IMG/VR virus record: IMGVR_UViG_3300013902_000015
Location: 661 to 64,660 of that record
Reading direction: 5' to 3' (one strand)
Length of the DNA stretch: 64,000 bases
Source of the DNA: a virus
Taxonomy: Duplodnaviria; Caudoviricetes
The notes beneath the pieces were generated by a model. It did no database searches, was not told where the DNA came from, and worked only from the letters and a program-made list of their open reading frames with translations. This document shows, piece after piece, positions 13,801-21,674 of this stretch. Made by a program: the position numbers and the translations under genes. The first letter of the stretch is position 1, and every line of letters starts with the position of its first letter.

Positions 13801-16800
13801 CCCATCGTACAGCAAGAAGTCGCAGGGCGTGTACTTGAAGACGCAAGCCGTGTTGGAGAAGAACAACGGACGCAACGTTATCTTCGCCACAGGTACGCCT
13901 ATCAGCAACACAGCCGCAGAGATTTGGACATTCATGCGCTACCTCATGCCCAAAGACACCATGAAGGAATATGGCATCTACTACTTTGACGACTTTGTGC
14001 GCAACTTCGGCAACATACAGCAGATGCCGGAGTTCAACACGAGCGGCAAGTTCAAGGAGGTGAACCGTTTTGCAGGTTACGTCAATCTTCCCGAATTGGT
14101 GCGTATATGGTCGGGTGTTGCCGACACCGTACTGACCAAAGACCAAAAGGACTTGGTGAAGAAGATACCCGAAATGGAGGGCGGCAAGGCACAAGACATC
14201 TATCTACCACAGACACGCGCCCTGCGCAGTGTGATGAAGTATGTGCGAGAAGAGCTTGACCGATTCGACCAGATGAGCGGCAAGGAGAAAAAAGAGAACA
14301 GCAGCATACCACTCACCATGTACGGAATTGCACAGGGAGCTGCTGTTGATGCCCGACTTGTGGAAATGGACGCAGAGGATGACCCCAAGAGCAAGACCAA
14401 TGAGGCCGTGCGCCAAACCATGCGCTCGTTGAAAGAGACGGACGACTACAAGGGAACGGTAGCCATCTTTGCCGACCACTACCAGAACAAACGCAGTGGT
14501 TTCAACCTGTACGAGGACATCAAGAAGAAACTCATTGCAGAGGGTGTACCTGCTGATGAGGTTGTCGTGATGAAGCCTGGTATGACCATCAAGAAAAAAC
14601 TCGACATCTTCGATAAGGTGAACCGTGGAGAGGTGCGTGTGGTGCTTGGCAGTACCGCCACACTTGGAACAGGTGTGAACATACAGGAGCGTCTGCACAC
14701 CCTTATCCATCTTGACGCACCCAACCGACCGATGGACTACACCCAGCGCAACGGACGCATTCTCAGACAGGGCAACCTGCACAAGGAATGGGGCAAGCCA
14801 GTGCGTGTACTTCGTTTCGGCGTGGAGGACAGCCTTGACGTTACCGCCTACCAACGACTGAAAACCAAGGGGGCGATTGCCGACAGCGTGATGGAGGGCG
14901 ACCGACTGATGCAAGACAGCATGAACAACCGCGTGCTTGAAGAGGAAGAAGATGTGTTCGGTGACACCGTAGCACAGCTTTCGGGCAGTGAGTATGCCCT
15001 GCTGAAGAACAATGCGGAGAAGAACGTGCGCAAGTACGAGAGCCGCAAGAAGCAGTGGGAAGCTGACCAGACCTATATCCACAATGCCAAGCCGAGACTG
15101 GAGGGACAGATAAGGTCGGCAGAGCAACGAGCAGAGGAAGCCAACGCCAATCTGCTTGCCGTTCAGAAAGCATTCCCCGATGGCAAGTTTACGGAGATAA
15201 CCGTTGGCAAACAGAAGTTCAGAACGGTTGATGATATGGCCGATTTCATCAAGGAGCACAACAAGAAAATCCTTGATGCGGTAAAGGCCATGAAAGAGAA
15301 CCCGAGCAATGCGTCACAGAGCAACACACTCACCCTGTCGTTGGGCGGCTATGACTTTGTTGTCAAGACCGAGATGTCGCGTGAGACAGTGAACAATGGC
15401 GGAACGCTCTTTGCTGAGGTACATCGCAAGATGACCTATTCGTGTCCCGAACTTGGACTGACGGATATTCCTGTCAAGCAGTCACTGTTGCGCAATGCCG
15501 TTGAGGACATCACCGAGAATGTAATCACAGGCAAAGACTTTGCGGAGCGGTTCGACAATGCCACACGAGCAGTCGCACACGGCAGGTCAGATTTGGAGCA
15601 GTTGAAACAGCGTGAGGGCAAACCGTTTGAGTTCGGCAAGGAACTTGAAGAAGCCGAGCGACAGTTGGAGGAATACACCGAGGCCATGAAACAGGAGTTG
15701 GCTGAAAAGGAAAAGAAGTATGCCGAGATGGACGCAAGCGTTGAGGCAGCTACCGATATTGTGGCAAATGATGAGGAAGATACGAGCGATGACAAGACCA
15801 AGTTCCGCTTGCTTGAGGACGATGATCCAAAGGCGATGGAACTGGAGGCACTGCCCGATAGCGAACTTGTGCCTGTCTATCGCAACGTGCAAGCCTTTGA
15901 GGACGATGCACTCGGTTCACCAATGGCATTCACCGATGCCGAGACAGGCGAGCGCAGAACCTTGGAGGGCGGCAAGTGGAACTATTCCAATCCGCCAGAG
16001 ATACATCTTACTGACGAGCAGCAGCGCAAGTTGGACGAACTCAACAAGAACGGATACATCATGGTGGACGGCAAGAAGACCACGGAACTGCCTATCAACG
16101 AGGGCTTGAAGTTTGTGAAGCCCAAGACCAAGGAAGCGCAGCTCCAATACTCCTTGAAGAAGAACCCCGAGGACAAAGGCTTGTGGGCGGCTTACGACCC
16201 CTACGACCATGCCATCGAGACACCATTGAACACACAGTTTGGCGAGGCGTACAAGCGTCCGAACCTTGTTGTAGTGCGCAGCCTTATCCCGAAATCAGAG
16301 ATAGACGAGCCGTTCCATGCCGACTATGCCCTGTTGCCCACAGGCGCACACCAGTGGAACAACGGCCGCACGCTTTACCTCTCACGCTGGAGCAAGATAG
16401 ACAAGGTGCTCACGCGCGAGGAAGAGGCGAAGATGATAGACGAGTACTGGAAGAAGCACCCCGGCAAGCGCGAGGCATTGAAGAGCCACCGCGACTACAA
16501 CCGCTTTGTGCCGCAGGTGCGCAGGGAGTTGGAGAAGATGGGCTACCGCTTCGAGCTGGACGGCAAGGAACTGACACCAGAAGAAAGCCGCGCCCTTGAC
16601 GAGCAGAACTGGGTGAGCCGTGACGTTATCCCGGGAAGAGAGGGCCAACTGCCATTCATCAGCAACGAGGACATTGCACGCATCAACGCGAAGATGGCCG
16701 GGAAATGGGTAGGCGAACCCAAGGAAGCGATGGAGAACGAGATGGCGGCAAGAGTTGAGGACTTGTCGAAGAAACTCAACACGCCAGTGCGCATTGTCCG

Positions 16801-19800
16801 CACGGACGAGGAGGTAGCCTCACTTCCGAGCGCACGCCAACGCAGAATGAAAGGCAGTTTCAATCCTTTGACTGGTGAGGTGACGATTGTCGTGCCGAAC
16901 AATGCGAACATGGCTGACATCGAAAATACCTTTGTGCATGAGGTGGTAGGACATGACGGACTGCGTGTGCTGTTCCCCGAGGAGGAGAAATTGAACAATG
17001 CCCTTGATGAACTCTATCGTGTATCCAATGCTGGTATTCAGCAGACCATAGACCGCACGGCAAAGCGAATGTACGATGCCGAGGTGGACAGACTGCGCGA
17101 GAAGAAGCGCAAGGAGCATGAGGCAAAGGGCGAGGACGCAAATGCCAGCTACTATGCGGACATGGCGGAAGCCCATGCCGAGGCGAGCAAGAAGCGCGAG
17201 CAGTTCAGACGTGATGCCACAGAGGAATACGGAGCCGACCTTGCAGGACGCATCGGTGAGAGTGGCTTTGAGAAGATGAGTGCCGAGGAGCTAACGTTCT
17301 GGGGCAAGCTGAAAGCCATGCTTCAGAAAGCCTTGCAAAGATTGCTGGACGGATTGAAAATCCCCGGCAAGAGAAAATGGAGTGACAAGGACTGGGCGTT
17401 TGTGCTGCATGAGGCGTACAAGCGCAAGAAGAACGGAGGAATACCTACTGTGTTTGACGCAGCCGATACAGAGGTGATGCGGAGAAAGACAGGGTTTGGA
17501 GAGACGAAGTTCAGTGATGGGTATAAAAAAAGTGCCCAACCCAATGAGGCAGCACTTAAGCACTTAGAGCCTATTGATGTTGAACACGATGCAAAGGTAC
17601 GGCAAAAACGTGAGAAAGCCAAAGAAGCACTTGCAAATGTCGCAAAAACATACAAAAATGCAACTGATAGCAAGGGTTTTATATCAGATTTAAGCAATAG
17701 CCTTGGTCTGATGAGAGGCAGTACTGGTAGTGGCTATGGTTCGTTTGAAACGCCCAATGGCAAGGTGTTCACTATTAGAGTGAGCAATCATAACATCAAT
17801 GCGGCCAATGTTGGAAATGACCCTGTTGAAAGCATCGTCATCAAAACGAAACGAAGCCCAAACAGATTTTATGCTGAAGATGGGAAGTTTGCCAATGAGT
17901 ATGTTTACTTCAAGGAAGACATACGCAAAGCACCAGCAGGGACATTGAGTTCTATTGCAGAAAGTATTTCTGAATTGCTTGACACTGGAGAATATCACGA
18001 CAAGACCGGGCTTGCAAAGGACAATCATAGTCCAGAAACTGACCCCGATGGAGGCATTATGTTCCGCGATGGCGACATGGGACTTGACGAGACCATTACG
18101 CAGATGAAGGTAGCTGCGAGCCAAGCCAATGCCGACAACTGGCAAGCCAAGCAGGAAGCGATGAAAGCCATAGGCGGCAACTTGAACAAACTGCGTCAGG
18201 CGATGGCACGTCAGCGAGAGTACGACTTTTCAACCGTGAAGAGCATCACCGACCTCGCCAAGGTGTTGCTTGACAACGGGCTGCTTGATGATTTGAGCAA
18301 GTACGAGACCAAGCGCATACTCTCGGCAGTGAACAATGCCCACGGCAAACAGGACACCAGCAGCCAAGTAGCCAAGGTTATGGACATCATGGTAGATAAC
18401 CAGTTGCGCATGGGTGCCAACATGCTTGGCAAGATGCTCTCCGTGCGTGGAAGCCGTGTTGATGCACGCGGTATAGAGGTGCAAGGCCAGCTTGACCCAG
18501 ACGGTCAGACCATTGCGCAGGTAGTAAGGAAAGCTACTTCCCTGCCAAAGGCAGACATTGAGGAGCGCATAGCCGACACACTGAACCGCATGGGCAGTGA
18601 CGACCGAGCCGTTGCAGACGAGGCTGCTTTGGAACACAGCGGACTGTTGCTTGCCCACCAGTATGCAGAGGACATCACCGAAAGCAAGTCAGAAGAAAAG
18701 GCATTGCGCGACAGCATCAAGCAAGCCAAGGAAGATTTGGATGCCGGAATGATGACCAAGGAAGCCTACGATGAGTATGTAGCCGCCACCAATGATGCCA
18801 TTCGTCAGAACAAGATCGAGCGTGCCGAAGCCTATCAAAGCATCGTGGAGCAGGTGGGCGGTATGCTCGGGAGCAGCGTAGAACGAGCCAAGCAGTGGCG
18901 CGAGGCAGAGAAACAGCGTGTGGAGGCAATCCACCACAATGCCAACTCCGATATGGTAGGTCGTCCGACAGACGAGCACCACAAGGAAAACAAGGCACAG
19001 AAGATAGCCAACAACAGCGCGGTGCGTTTCTTGCTTGCCCCGTTAGGTACGTTTGACCAGATGCTGAGAATGTTCGGGAAGAAGAGCGTAAACGGTGAGG
19101 GTTATCTTTGGAACCGCTATATGCGCGGTTGGGTAGAAGCCACCGAAAAGGAGTTTACCGGGTATCAGAATGCATTGAAAACTCTTGATGAGAAAGTGAG
19201 CGAGGTGTTTGGCAAGAAAATGAGTTGGGGCGACCTCTTCGCCATGGAACGCAAGATGCCCAAGGCAACCGTGACGTTCTGGGACGGAGGCGAACAGAAA
19301 GCGCACGAACTGACGCAAGGCAATCTGCTATACATCTACATGGTGGACAAGATGGCAGACGGACGCATGAAACTGCGCAGAATGGGCATCACAGAGGACG
19401 ATGTGGAGAACATCAAGGAATTTGTAGACCCACGCTTCCTTGAACTTGCCGACTGGATGCAGGAGGATTTCTTGGTAGAGAAGCGCAATGAGTACAACGA
19501 GGTACACAAACGTATGTTCGGTGCGTCAATGGCCGCTATTGAGAACTACTTCCCATTGAAGATACTCGCCAATGCGAGAATAGAAGATGTGGACGTAGCA
19601 GACGATACGACTGATACCGCCCTGCCAGCCACCTCAACAGGCAGCATCATCAAGCGCAGGCGCAACAACCTCGCCCTTGACGTGATGGGTGCGGACGCAT
19701 TCTCTGTGATACTTGACCACGTTCAGCAGATGGAACGCTGGGCAGCATTTGCAGAGTTCAACCGCGACTTGAATACCCTGCTTTCGTACAAGCACTTCCG

Positions 19801-21613
19801 CAATCAAGTGATGAACATGACCAGCGTGTACGGAGGCGGCAAGACCCTGTGGACGAACTTCCGCAACGTGTGCAGCATGGCAGCTGGAGCATACCGTCCA
19901 CCAATAGCCCAGCTTGACAAGGCAGCGGTGAACATCGCCAAGGGCGTAACCGCAGCCAAGGTAAGTTTCAGAGTGTTCACCGCCTTGAAGCAGTTCCTTT
20001 CCATGCCAGCCTACCTTTCGGACAGCAATCCGATAGACCTTGCCGCCAACATCGCCAACCCGATAGGCGCATGGAAATGGGCAATGCAGAACCTGCCCCT
20101 CTTCGAGAAACGCTGGAAGAGCCGCATGGCAGGAGACCCACGACTGATGAAGAGTGAGATGGACTGGAAGATGTGGCAGAACCATGTAGTGGAGATAGCC
20201 TCACGCATCGGTATGTCGCCCAATGCCTTTGTGGACGCTCTGACCGTAGCCATCGGTGCAAATGCCATGTACAAGACGAAGAAGAAAAAGTATCTTCGTT
20301 ACGGATATGACGAAGAGGTGGCCGAGAAGCGAGCCAAGCAAGACGCTACAATTCTGTTCAACCAGACGCAGCAGTCGAGCGAGAGCGCATTCCTGTCCAC
20401 TATGCAAGTGGACCGTTCATGGCTGAGCGTGCTGTTTACCATCTTCCGCAACTCGTCCATGTCGTACACACGCCAACTGTATGATGCCATCCGCAACATC
20501 AAGCACCGCTTTGAACCCGGTTACGAGGCTATGAGCGAGGAGTATATGGCCAAGCAGATGCGCAGGGACGGCATAGACCCCGACAAGGCTGACGCTAACG
20601 CCAAGAGCGAATACCGCAGAAGCCTCCTCAGAGACTTGGCCAGAATAGGCGTTTTCGGTTTTGCCCTGCAAATGGCTTGGAACTTGGGCGCATACCTGCC
20701 CTACCTCATAGCAGGTGACGACAAGGACGAGAAGAGCAAGATGTGGGACGATGTGATGAACCACACCATGTTTGGCAGCATCGAGGGACTGACAGGCGGA
20801 GACGTGATGAGTTCAGCCGGGCAGATGGCACTCAACGGAGAAGCCAACTGGAGTTACCTTGTCAAGGACATGCCGTTGGCAAGCGACCTTGCGACCATTC
20901 TTCAGAAAATGCCGAAAGACAAGGTAGCCGCCATGAACGATGTTGTGAACCTGCTTGTGCAGTCGGGCGTGGGTGTAAATCCACAATCGCTGACCGATGC
21001 AGTGGTGGCCATCATGGACTATTGCGGAGACGATGCACAGACCTCTCGCGAGTGCGCCCTGCTCATTGCGCGAATACTCAACTGTCCACAGAGCCAGACC
21101 GACAAAATCTATTTTGACGAGTTGGGCGCAACGGCAGAGGAGGCAGGACAGATGACACCAGCCGAGATAGCAGAGCGTTATGCACAGTACAAAATACACC
21201 GCAATGCACCGCTGACAGGCTGGGCATACAGCGAGGAAGCAAAAGACAGCGTGATGACCGCACAGCGAAACCGCGTGCTTACGCAAGCCAAGGAGAAACT
21301 GAACGGCACGGTTCAGACAGATGCTGCCAAGCAGTTGCTCTCCACCTATGACGGTGTGGCCAAGCAGCAGACCGAGTTGAACAAGTTGAAGAAGACGGAT
21401 AGAGCCGCCTACCGCGAGGGTATGAAAGCACTCCGTCAGAACAACAACATGAGGGAGCATCTGCGCGTGAAACGATACAAGCACGACATGAAACTACTCA
21501 CGGAGAAATATCTACGAAGCAAGGACACAGAGGAACGTGACAGCCTTGTGAACGTGATGTTCAAGACTCGCGATAAGATGCTTGATGACATCGGCAGAAT
21601 GAAGCAACAATAG
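1871..21613 (+). CDS. Giant polyvalent DarB-like protein (ParB-like, PPase-like, N6-adenine MTase, SNF2 helicase, zincin-like)
   Basis: Uninterrupted ~19.7 kb ORF; start taken at ATG 1871 just after the upstream stop. Motifs: VVLSGNNRT (~6370), TEAQKEAGNYKKGH...DGDHIDVF (~7810-8010), LEGSAGIG and TNVPF (~11030-11240), AHEVGTGKT, DEAH, ATGTP, QRNGRILRQG (~13140-14760), HEVVGH (~16940). Confidence 0.85.
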   Translation: MAQSNDNDDIKWLYGKLKAKGYNIGSEAEFKSSLANAEDRKWYYQKAKGMGLNMGSMADFEGMYAPKATSTPQKQKPAATTQPTHVATSATTAGTTPTPSTAPATQQKKDKPLSEADKQRLMANVGNMMSETNASLQRTQNRMDYARANAGLRVPRVTLGDKNSGVRLGQNTKVVAKKPKYNPHSGKMEQTYITESGNEYTSRGAADLEQNSIDEAARQPLGLNMNDQQVDAAQKPASAAVAALWKEAEAQYAADRNKNAEEVYGGNPWLHGGREMHIVDAATNSHKNEVSRLTRFDLQKMMDNAWGRVGKQMTASCYAQLKKQYPTATEQQLQNSASTMARRLSDNAVYKYAVAKNTPKSTLEFFAKTAADMNLLRTISKGLARSEAGTTGDMAAYEQAMGDYGKNHRWAQIGGTVTGMLFDPTTYISGGFGSFAGKTALNLGGRIIAKKAATNVGARLFGNTLTGRVVAGAVGGGANFGAYEGIKEGESQFLHGGHINPETGENEGYSAGDILKSTGRGTMLGSVTGTFSPLLGNVADKWVKATESTAGKVGIRAGELATSTIAEGTIFSVPEWISGNGDAMDVWTDNMAMMLGFKAQHMVKSAPRVIAGLRPIENPKTMQERNHNRMNFMERLRTQMDRSPSDMAFTNEEREELRKAGYGELADLFKRRPKQKNTTKPQHKPQSTDGKVMYLDIPEADVEDLGKQWLNQHPEFDGYEAMERLMQDPNVSQSARAKAYYILTGRQLPMGTVTGYTTEKDEHGNIFVKSMTANGEVVTSRRFADEASAKKEQDKIMRQAELNSVDVGERYTEAKANNKVWEAAIEAVAPGADTETVKRNYQAAKEGDKDAIANYGQMVDAIDKFMEENKGMADAERPEAIRAAIKEETGVDVDVAIKKEPSKRTDPEKVAVQDYIERLFPEQKAETEHPKSDAEAEAGAIYDSSRLLWEKVEQGDADAKADIDAISIRMKEALQECEDAFGTDAEMRMAEMQENPWALVNDPELTEDQQDAVLYYIQSKAALDGVMDASNDAMENKRREVAANVERHTHKDNGMVQPATMKVDDKPVYIVKGNVVPLPDGTGIDVRNSDQSIVICDAETGEYKFTSPDQIFNLGEVINPQNEIDEAYANIQAEHDAMLGSTENGESEPNSEESVQETPENVQNDGENVPQQMTEEQMQQYAKGAFNEATQGNGGITLPQEQAEQLQQHNQQMLEQEQQRKEEETNRQPTALERVPVNEETGEPMFEKADKETALDALGEITGGNDENTTAIVNAQVEQAQKAVDALKKKKPTKKAPALKGSPMAMVKAQQEADAAYNAAMEQYNGQVAQAEETLNAWTRIYALMNERKRAVREQQEAEWREREAKLHDEAVAQLEEQKRIAAEKAKEQAEVGTHAVNPKIKAKWDGAAKVEGNPNALTLADGSTLRGHYVLTEAGAATASHDINNAFEPTEGFPIDENGESVNDRDYQRDTDAQQIVRNIADNYDSRALQSPVIVSKDGVVLSGNNRTMSGDMAAQQGTDKAYVDHLREFGQMYGFTPEQIDGMKHPRVVFVPDETLPYDASTFARFNAEQQKKQSKPEQAVKLGKIVPDNVFNSIVGDISRFDRLSDYYADSKAVDSAISQLHRAGVINEMQLPELRTGNTLSAAGRELIENTLIGKVFQTSPDAVRQIISTPTLRQSVIMGLNEIAHNRTLAKSGYDLSLELGAAVDLVARAKASDADLFKEGRPVSPFGRQQGLFDDEYGDSRVTDGVTLLLADLLNSGKPSDLRKVLATYNNEAVNPAGGQLDMFTGNVTPKEDILKNINEYFRNATPKEQQAIIDAAIAERKRNAEAAAEPSGRDEATEQTENAVQSNAEPQQSAVAGNEPAKQEEKPQAEEPNADTIAEEKEKVLRQRLTETDEEWTESSEYGNIYKQKLLIDGKEVIKVDAPDESKNYPGTYYEVDGKQFGDLQEVANYIYGKQQPLSAKIKTASAEVNTEPTEAQKEAGNYKKGHVQVGTFDITIEQPEGSVRKGTDANGKKWESKMHNTYGYFRGTEGVDGDHIDVFLSNDIDGWNGRKVYVVDQYNPDGTFDEHKVMLGFNDADEAKSDYLANYEKGWQDGRRIDVSATNLEYFEKWIGSSHRKTKPFAEYAGVKKETVANAPAKEIKQTEASESEGYTITPSTYTNKKGKTSDVSLLTFDNDLTADQERAVKEFAKERTGEGRFAPARGWKDRESGGWIFRNEEDARKAAEMVGSEEAVADNQPLTVQEMRDAVEPKKPTERKKAAAKKPANKVDVAEVVEQSEPTKPAKAEKPVQSGEKKLVITDEMKHDEDILRELLGIGDDEVDGGMKFRDPDALTSQQRRFVYNAGVNYSLGYIDQGFVAFPEFAKAMVSRLGYKIKPWLKSFYEGAKRIPGYDQSIFTPTEEVDAFDVENFDKPQPDVLAQANMIVEEGKAQVAAEKANNELKEIRNEQRKETEKQTAADTDAVAAEAKTVASEAETIAETSNDEQEINGAAERVDDTLDKVNDQLALLGYYKAEPVEKDFNEAYGYMRNAEKKAVKDAAKLASQLIDDLGLDRYEATHGEADKKGNRKTKPLAVANIAPAGGDITMHLPLAEGRELYVNVQLAPSAGKGITNYGGDNLEVTGIMSRVENPNAKGNDRYGQNMWFAEDVTYDELLKNVQRVAQDYLPEPKHGEVGDFYEDGINEDAVAALPEDTAIQLHVVDILNPGMTNNSMKSKIASLNCLLPKISDKKLAELDKEYGDDKVMGSHIKAGVKRREHEGVFKKAERVANETKAKREKIRVAEQEIDASDLPEPAKEKARKALHGSDSMTDNAALAEIQRRATKKKTPKKVKPEQPVGDLFAGLFDEPVKEKDNGLQRNDDAVRTEAVPTDNRGQQQGLRGGKGSTRKAAPQESGRPDGGRGEHGTGKDGAVSAGLHGLTEPKNTRNNHSERGADHAPTSVNGRIEANIKAIELAHELLESGETATPEQMNVLRQFSGWGGLGVAFSDGGYDWKQRERNKKIRELLGEEAYEQAVMSANSAYYTPAYVVDTLWDIAKQLGFKGGNILEGSAGIGNILGQMPTTMSERSDIHAIEIDGTSGGILSLLYPDAKVDIQGFEQTRIPNGSVDLAITNVPFVTGLRVNDTTGDNDLSKKFHNIHDFCIAKNVRKLREGGIGIFISSNGTLDNSKALRDWVVNEGGSDFIGAFRMNNKTFGGTTVTSDIIVIRKRVNGQKSAQAIDVSTISGERTAEYQEPGSRKAKQVSMDYNKYFIEHPDHMAGEMRFAFEEGDTFRPTSKGLYPVSGKDQGKILADFVKSFTEEDNSNVASTESAKPSYVSDASADGKKLGEMYMKDGKIVVASMGGYYPLEVNDKKIKGHTKQECFNAYSAVKTALADVMKYQTENEGDAGLKPLIAKLNKAYDDFVSTYGHFNKNNQLAWLRNDVDYPNVFSLETYKEQGDGKGGVVKTYGKADVMKNRVVEKESEPHPENVKDGVVVSMFKNGRIDVPYIAGQLGKSEEAVKREIIESGLGFEDPATRQMEVSYQYLSGNVREKLRQAEENNENGEYAKNIKALQEVVPMDIPAHLIDFTLGSSWLDPKLYDEYVKDRTDIDVHFTSAGGTWFMKAPTYGLNGEKNRAMGVVSEMLKKTIMGHELIAAAIQNKSIIVSRTEKHYDGTTETITDREATSACAAKIDEIRQDFKDWARQKMQSDAELSARMEREYNDRFNNYVPMSIPEDFVPEYFGGATHKFKMRPHQGKAIVRGTMQPLLLAHEVGTGKTFTLISTAMEMRRLGTARKPMIVVQNATVGQFAASAKELYPNAKILTLEDNDRNAEGRKNFYAKIKYNDWDMIVVPQSTFEFIPDSDERQMQFVQDKIDEKMLVLEKMREADTSGRDPITRRAEKELADLQAEMAALSDGISKKRTANNEKKKAVAKQNAAVKAQEMLDRRTDDVENFDDMGIDALLIDEAHEYKHLGFATAMQRGVKGVDPSYSKKSQGVYLKTQAVLEKNNGRNVIFATGTPISNTAAEIWTFMRYLMPKDTMKEYGIYYFDDFVRNFGNIQQMPEFNTSGKFKEVNRFAGYVNLPELVRIWSGVADTVLTKDQKDLVKKIPEMEGGKAQDIYLPQTRALRSVMKYVREELDRFDQMSGKEKKENSSIPLTMYGIAQGAAVDARLVEMDAEDDPKSKTNEAVRQTMRSLKETDDYKGTVAIFADHYQNKRSGFNLYEDIKKKLIAEGVPADEVVVMKPGMTIKKKLDIFDKVNRGEVRVVLGSTATLGTGVNIQERLHTLIHLDAPNRPMDYTQRNGRILRQGNLHKEWGKPVRVLRFGVEDSLDVTAYQRLKTKGAIADSVMEGDRLMQDSMNNRVLEEEEDVFGDTVAQLSGSEYALLKNNAEKNVRKYESRKKQWEADQTYIHNAKPRLEGQIRSAEQRAEEANANLLAVQKAFPDGKFTEITVGKQKFRTVDDMADFIKEHNKKILDAVKAMKENPSNASQSNTLTLSLGGYDFVVKTEMSRETVNNGGTLFAEVHRKMTYSCPELGLTDIPVKQSLLRNAVEDITENVITGKDFAERFDNATRAVAHGRSDLEQLKQREGKPFEFGKELEEAERQLEEYTEAMKQELAEKEKKYAEMDASVEAATDIVANDEEDTSDDKTKFRLLEDDDPKAMELEALPDSELVPVYRNVQAFEDDALGSPMAFTDAETGERRTLEGGKWNYSNPPEIHLTDEQQRKLDELNKNGYIMVDGKKTTELPINEGLKFVKPKTKEAQLQYSLKKNPEDKGLWAAYDPYDHAIETPLNTQFGEAYKRPNLVVVRSLIPKSEIDEPFHADYALLPTGAHQWNNGRTLYLSRWSKIDKVLTREEEAKMIDEYWKKHPGKREALKSHRDYNRFVPQVRRELEKMGYRFELDGKELTPEESRALDEQNWVSRDVIPGREGQLPFISNEDIARINAKMAGKWVGEPKEAMENEMAARVEDLSKKLNTPVRIVRTDEEVASLPSARQRRMKGSFNPLTGEVTIVVPNNANMADIENTFVHEVVGHDGLRVLFPEEEKLNNALDELYRVSNAGIQQTIDRTAKRMYDAEVDRLREKKRKEHEAKGEDANASYYADMAEAHAEASKKREQFRRDATEEYGADLAGRIGESGFEKMSAEELTFWGKLKAMLQKALQRLLDGLKIPGKRKWSDKDWAFVLHEAYKRKKNGGIPTVFDAADTEVMRRKTGFGETKFSDGYKKSAQPNEAALKHLEPIDVEHDAKVRQKREKAKEALANVAKTYKNATDSKGFISDLSNSLGLMRGSTGSGYGSFETPNGKVFTIRVSNHNINAANVGNDPVESIVIKTKRSPNRFYAEDGKFANEYVYFKEDIRKAPAGTLSSIAESISELLDTGEYHDKTGLAKDNHSPETDPDGGIMFRDGDMGLDETITQMKVAASQANADNWQAKQEAMKAIGGNLNKLRQAMARQREYDFSTVKSITDLAKVLLDNGLLDDLSKYETKRILSAVNNAHGKQDTSSQVAKVMDIMVDNQLRMGANMLGKMLSVRGSRVDARGIEVQGQLDPDGQTIAQVVRKATSLPKADIEERIADTLNRMGSDDRAVADEAALEHSGLLLAHQYAEDITESKSEEKALRDSIKQAKEDLDAGMMTKEAYDEYVAATNDAIRQNKIERAEAYQSIVEQVGGMLGSSVERAKQWREAEKQRVEAIHHNANSDMVGRPTDEHHKENKAQKIANNSAVRFLLAPLGTFDQMLRMFGKKSVNGEGYLWNRYMRGWVEATEKEFTGYQNALKTLDEKVSEVFGKKMSWGDLFAMERKMPKATVTFWDGGEQKAHELTQGNLLYIYMVDKMADGRMKLRRMGITEDDVENIKEFVDPRFLELADWMQEDFLVEKRNEYNEVHKRMFGASMAAIENYFPLKILANARIEDVDVADDTTDTALPATSTGSIIKRRRNNLALDVMGADAFSVILDHVQQMERWAAFAEFNRDLNTLLSYKHFRNQVMNMTSVYGGGKTLWTNFRNVCSMAAGAYRPPIAQLDKAAVNIAKGVTAAKVSFRVFTALKQFLSMPAYLSDSNPIDLAANIANPIGAWKWAMQNLPLFEKRWKSRMAGDPRLMKSEMDWKMWQNHVVEIASRIGMSPNAFVDALTVAIGANAMYKTKKKKYLRYGYDEEVAEKRAKQDATILFNQTQQSSESAFLSTMQVDRSWLSVLFTIFRNSSMSYTRQLYDAIRNIKHRFEPGYEAMSEEYMAKQMRRDGIDPDKADANAKSEYRRSLLRDLARIGVFGFALQMAWNLGAYLPYLIAGDDKDEKSKMWDDVMNHTMFGSIEGLTGGDVMSSAGQMALNGEANWSYLVKDMPLASDLATILQKMPKDKVAAMNDVVNLLVQSGVGVNPQSLTDAVVAIMDYCGDDAQTSRECALLIARILNCPQSQTDKIYFDELGATAEEAGQMTPAEIAERYAQYKIHRNAPLTGWAYSEEAKDSVMTAQRNRVLTQAKEKLNGTVQTDAAKQLLSTYDGVAKQQTELNKLKKTDRAAYREGMKALRQNNNMREHLRVKRYKHDMKLLTEKYLRSKDTEERDSLVNVMFKTRDKMLDDIGRMKQQ

Positions 21614-21624
21614 TTAAACAATGA

Positions 21625-21658
21625 GGGACGGTGCAATCATATATCTTTGCATCGTCCC
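21625..21658. promoter_or_regulatory. Inverted repeat enclosing a TATCTTTG -7 element upstream of portal
   Basis: GGGACGGTGCAA-N10-TTGCATCGTCCC (11/12 complementary). TATCTTTG at 21642-21649. Confidence 0.5.
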
Positions 21659-21674
21659 AAATTACACAATGATT

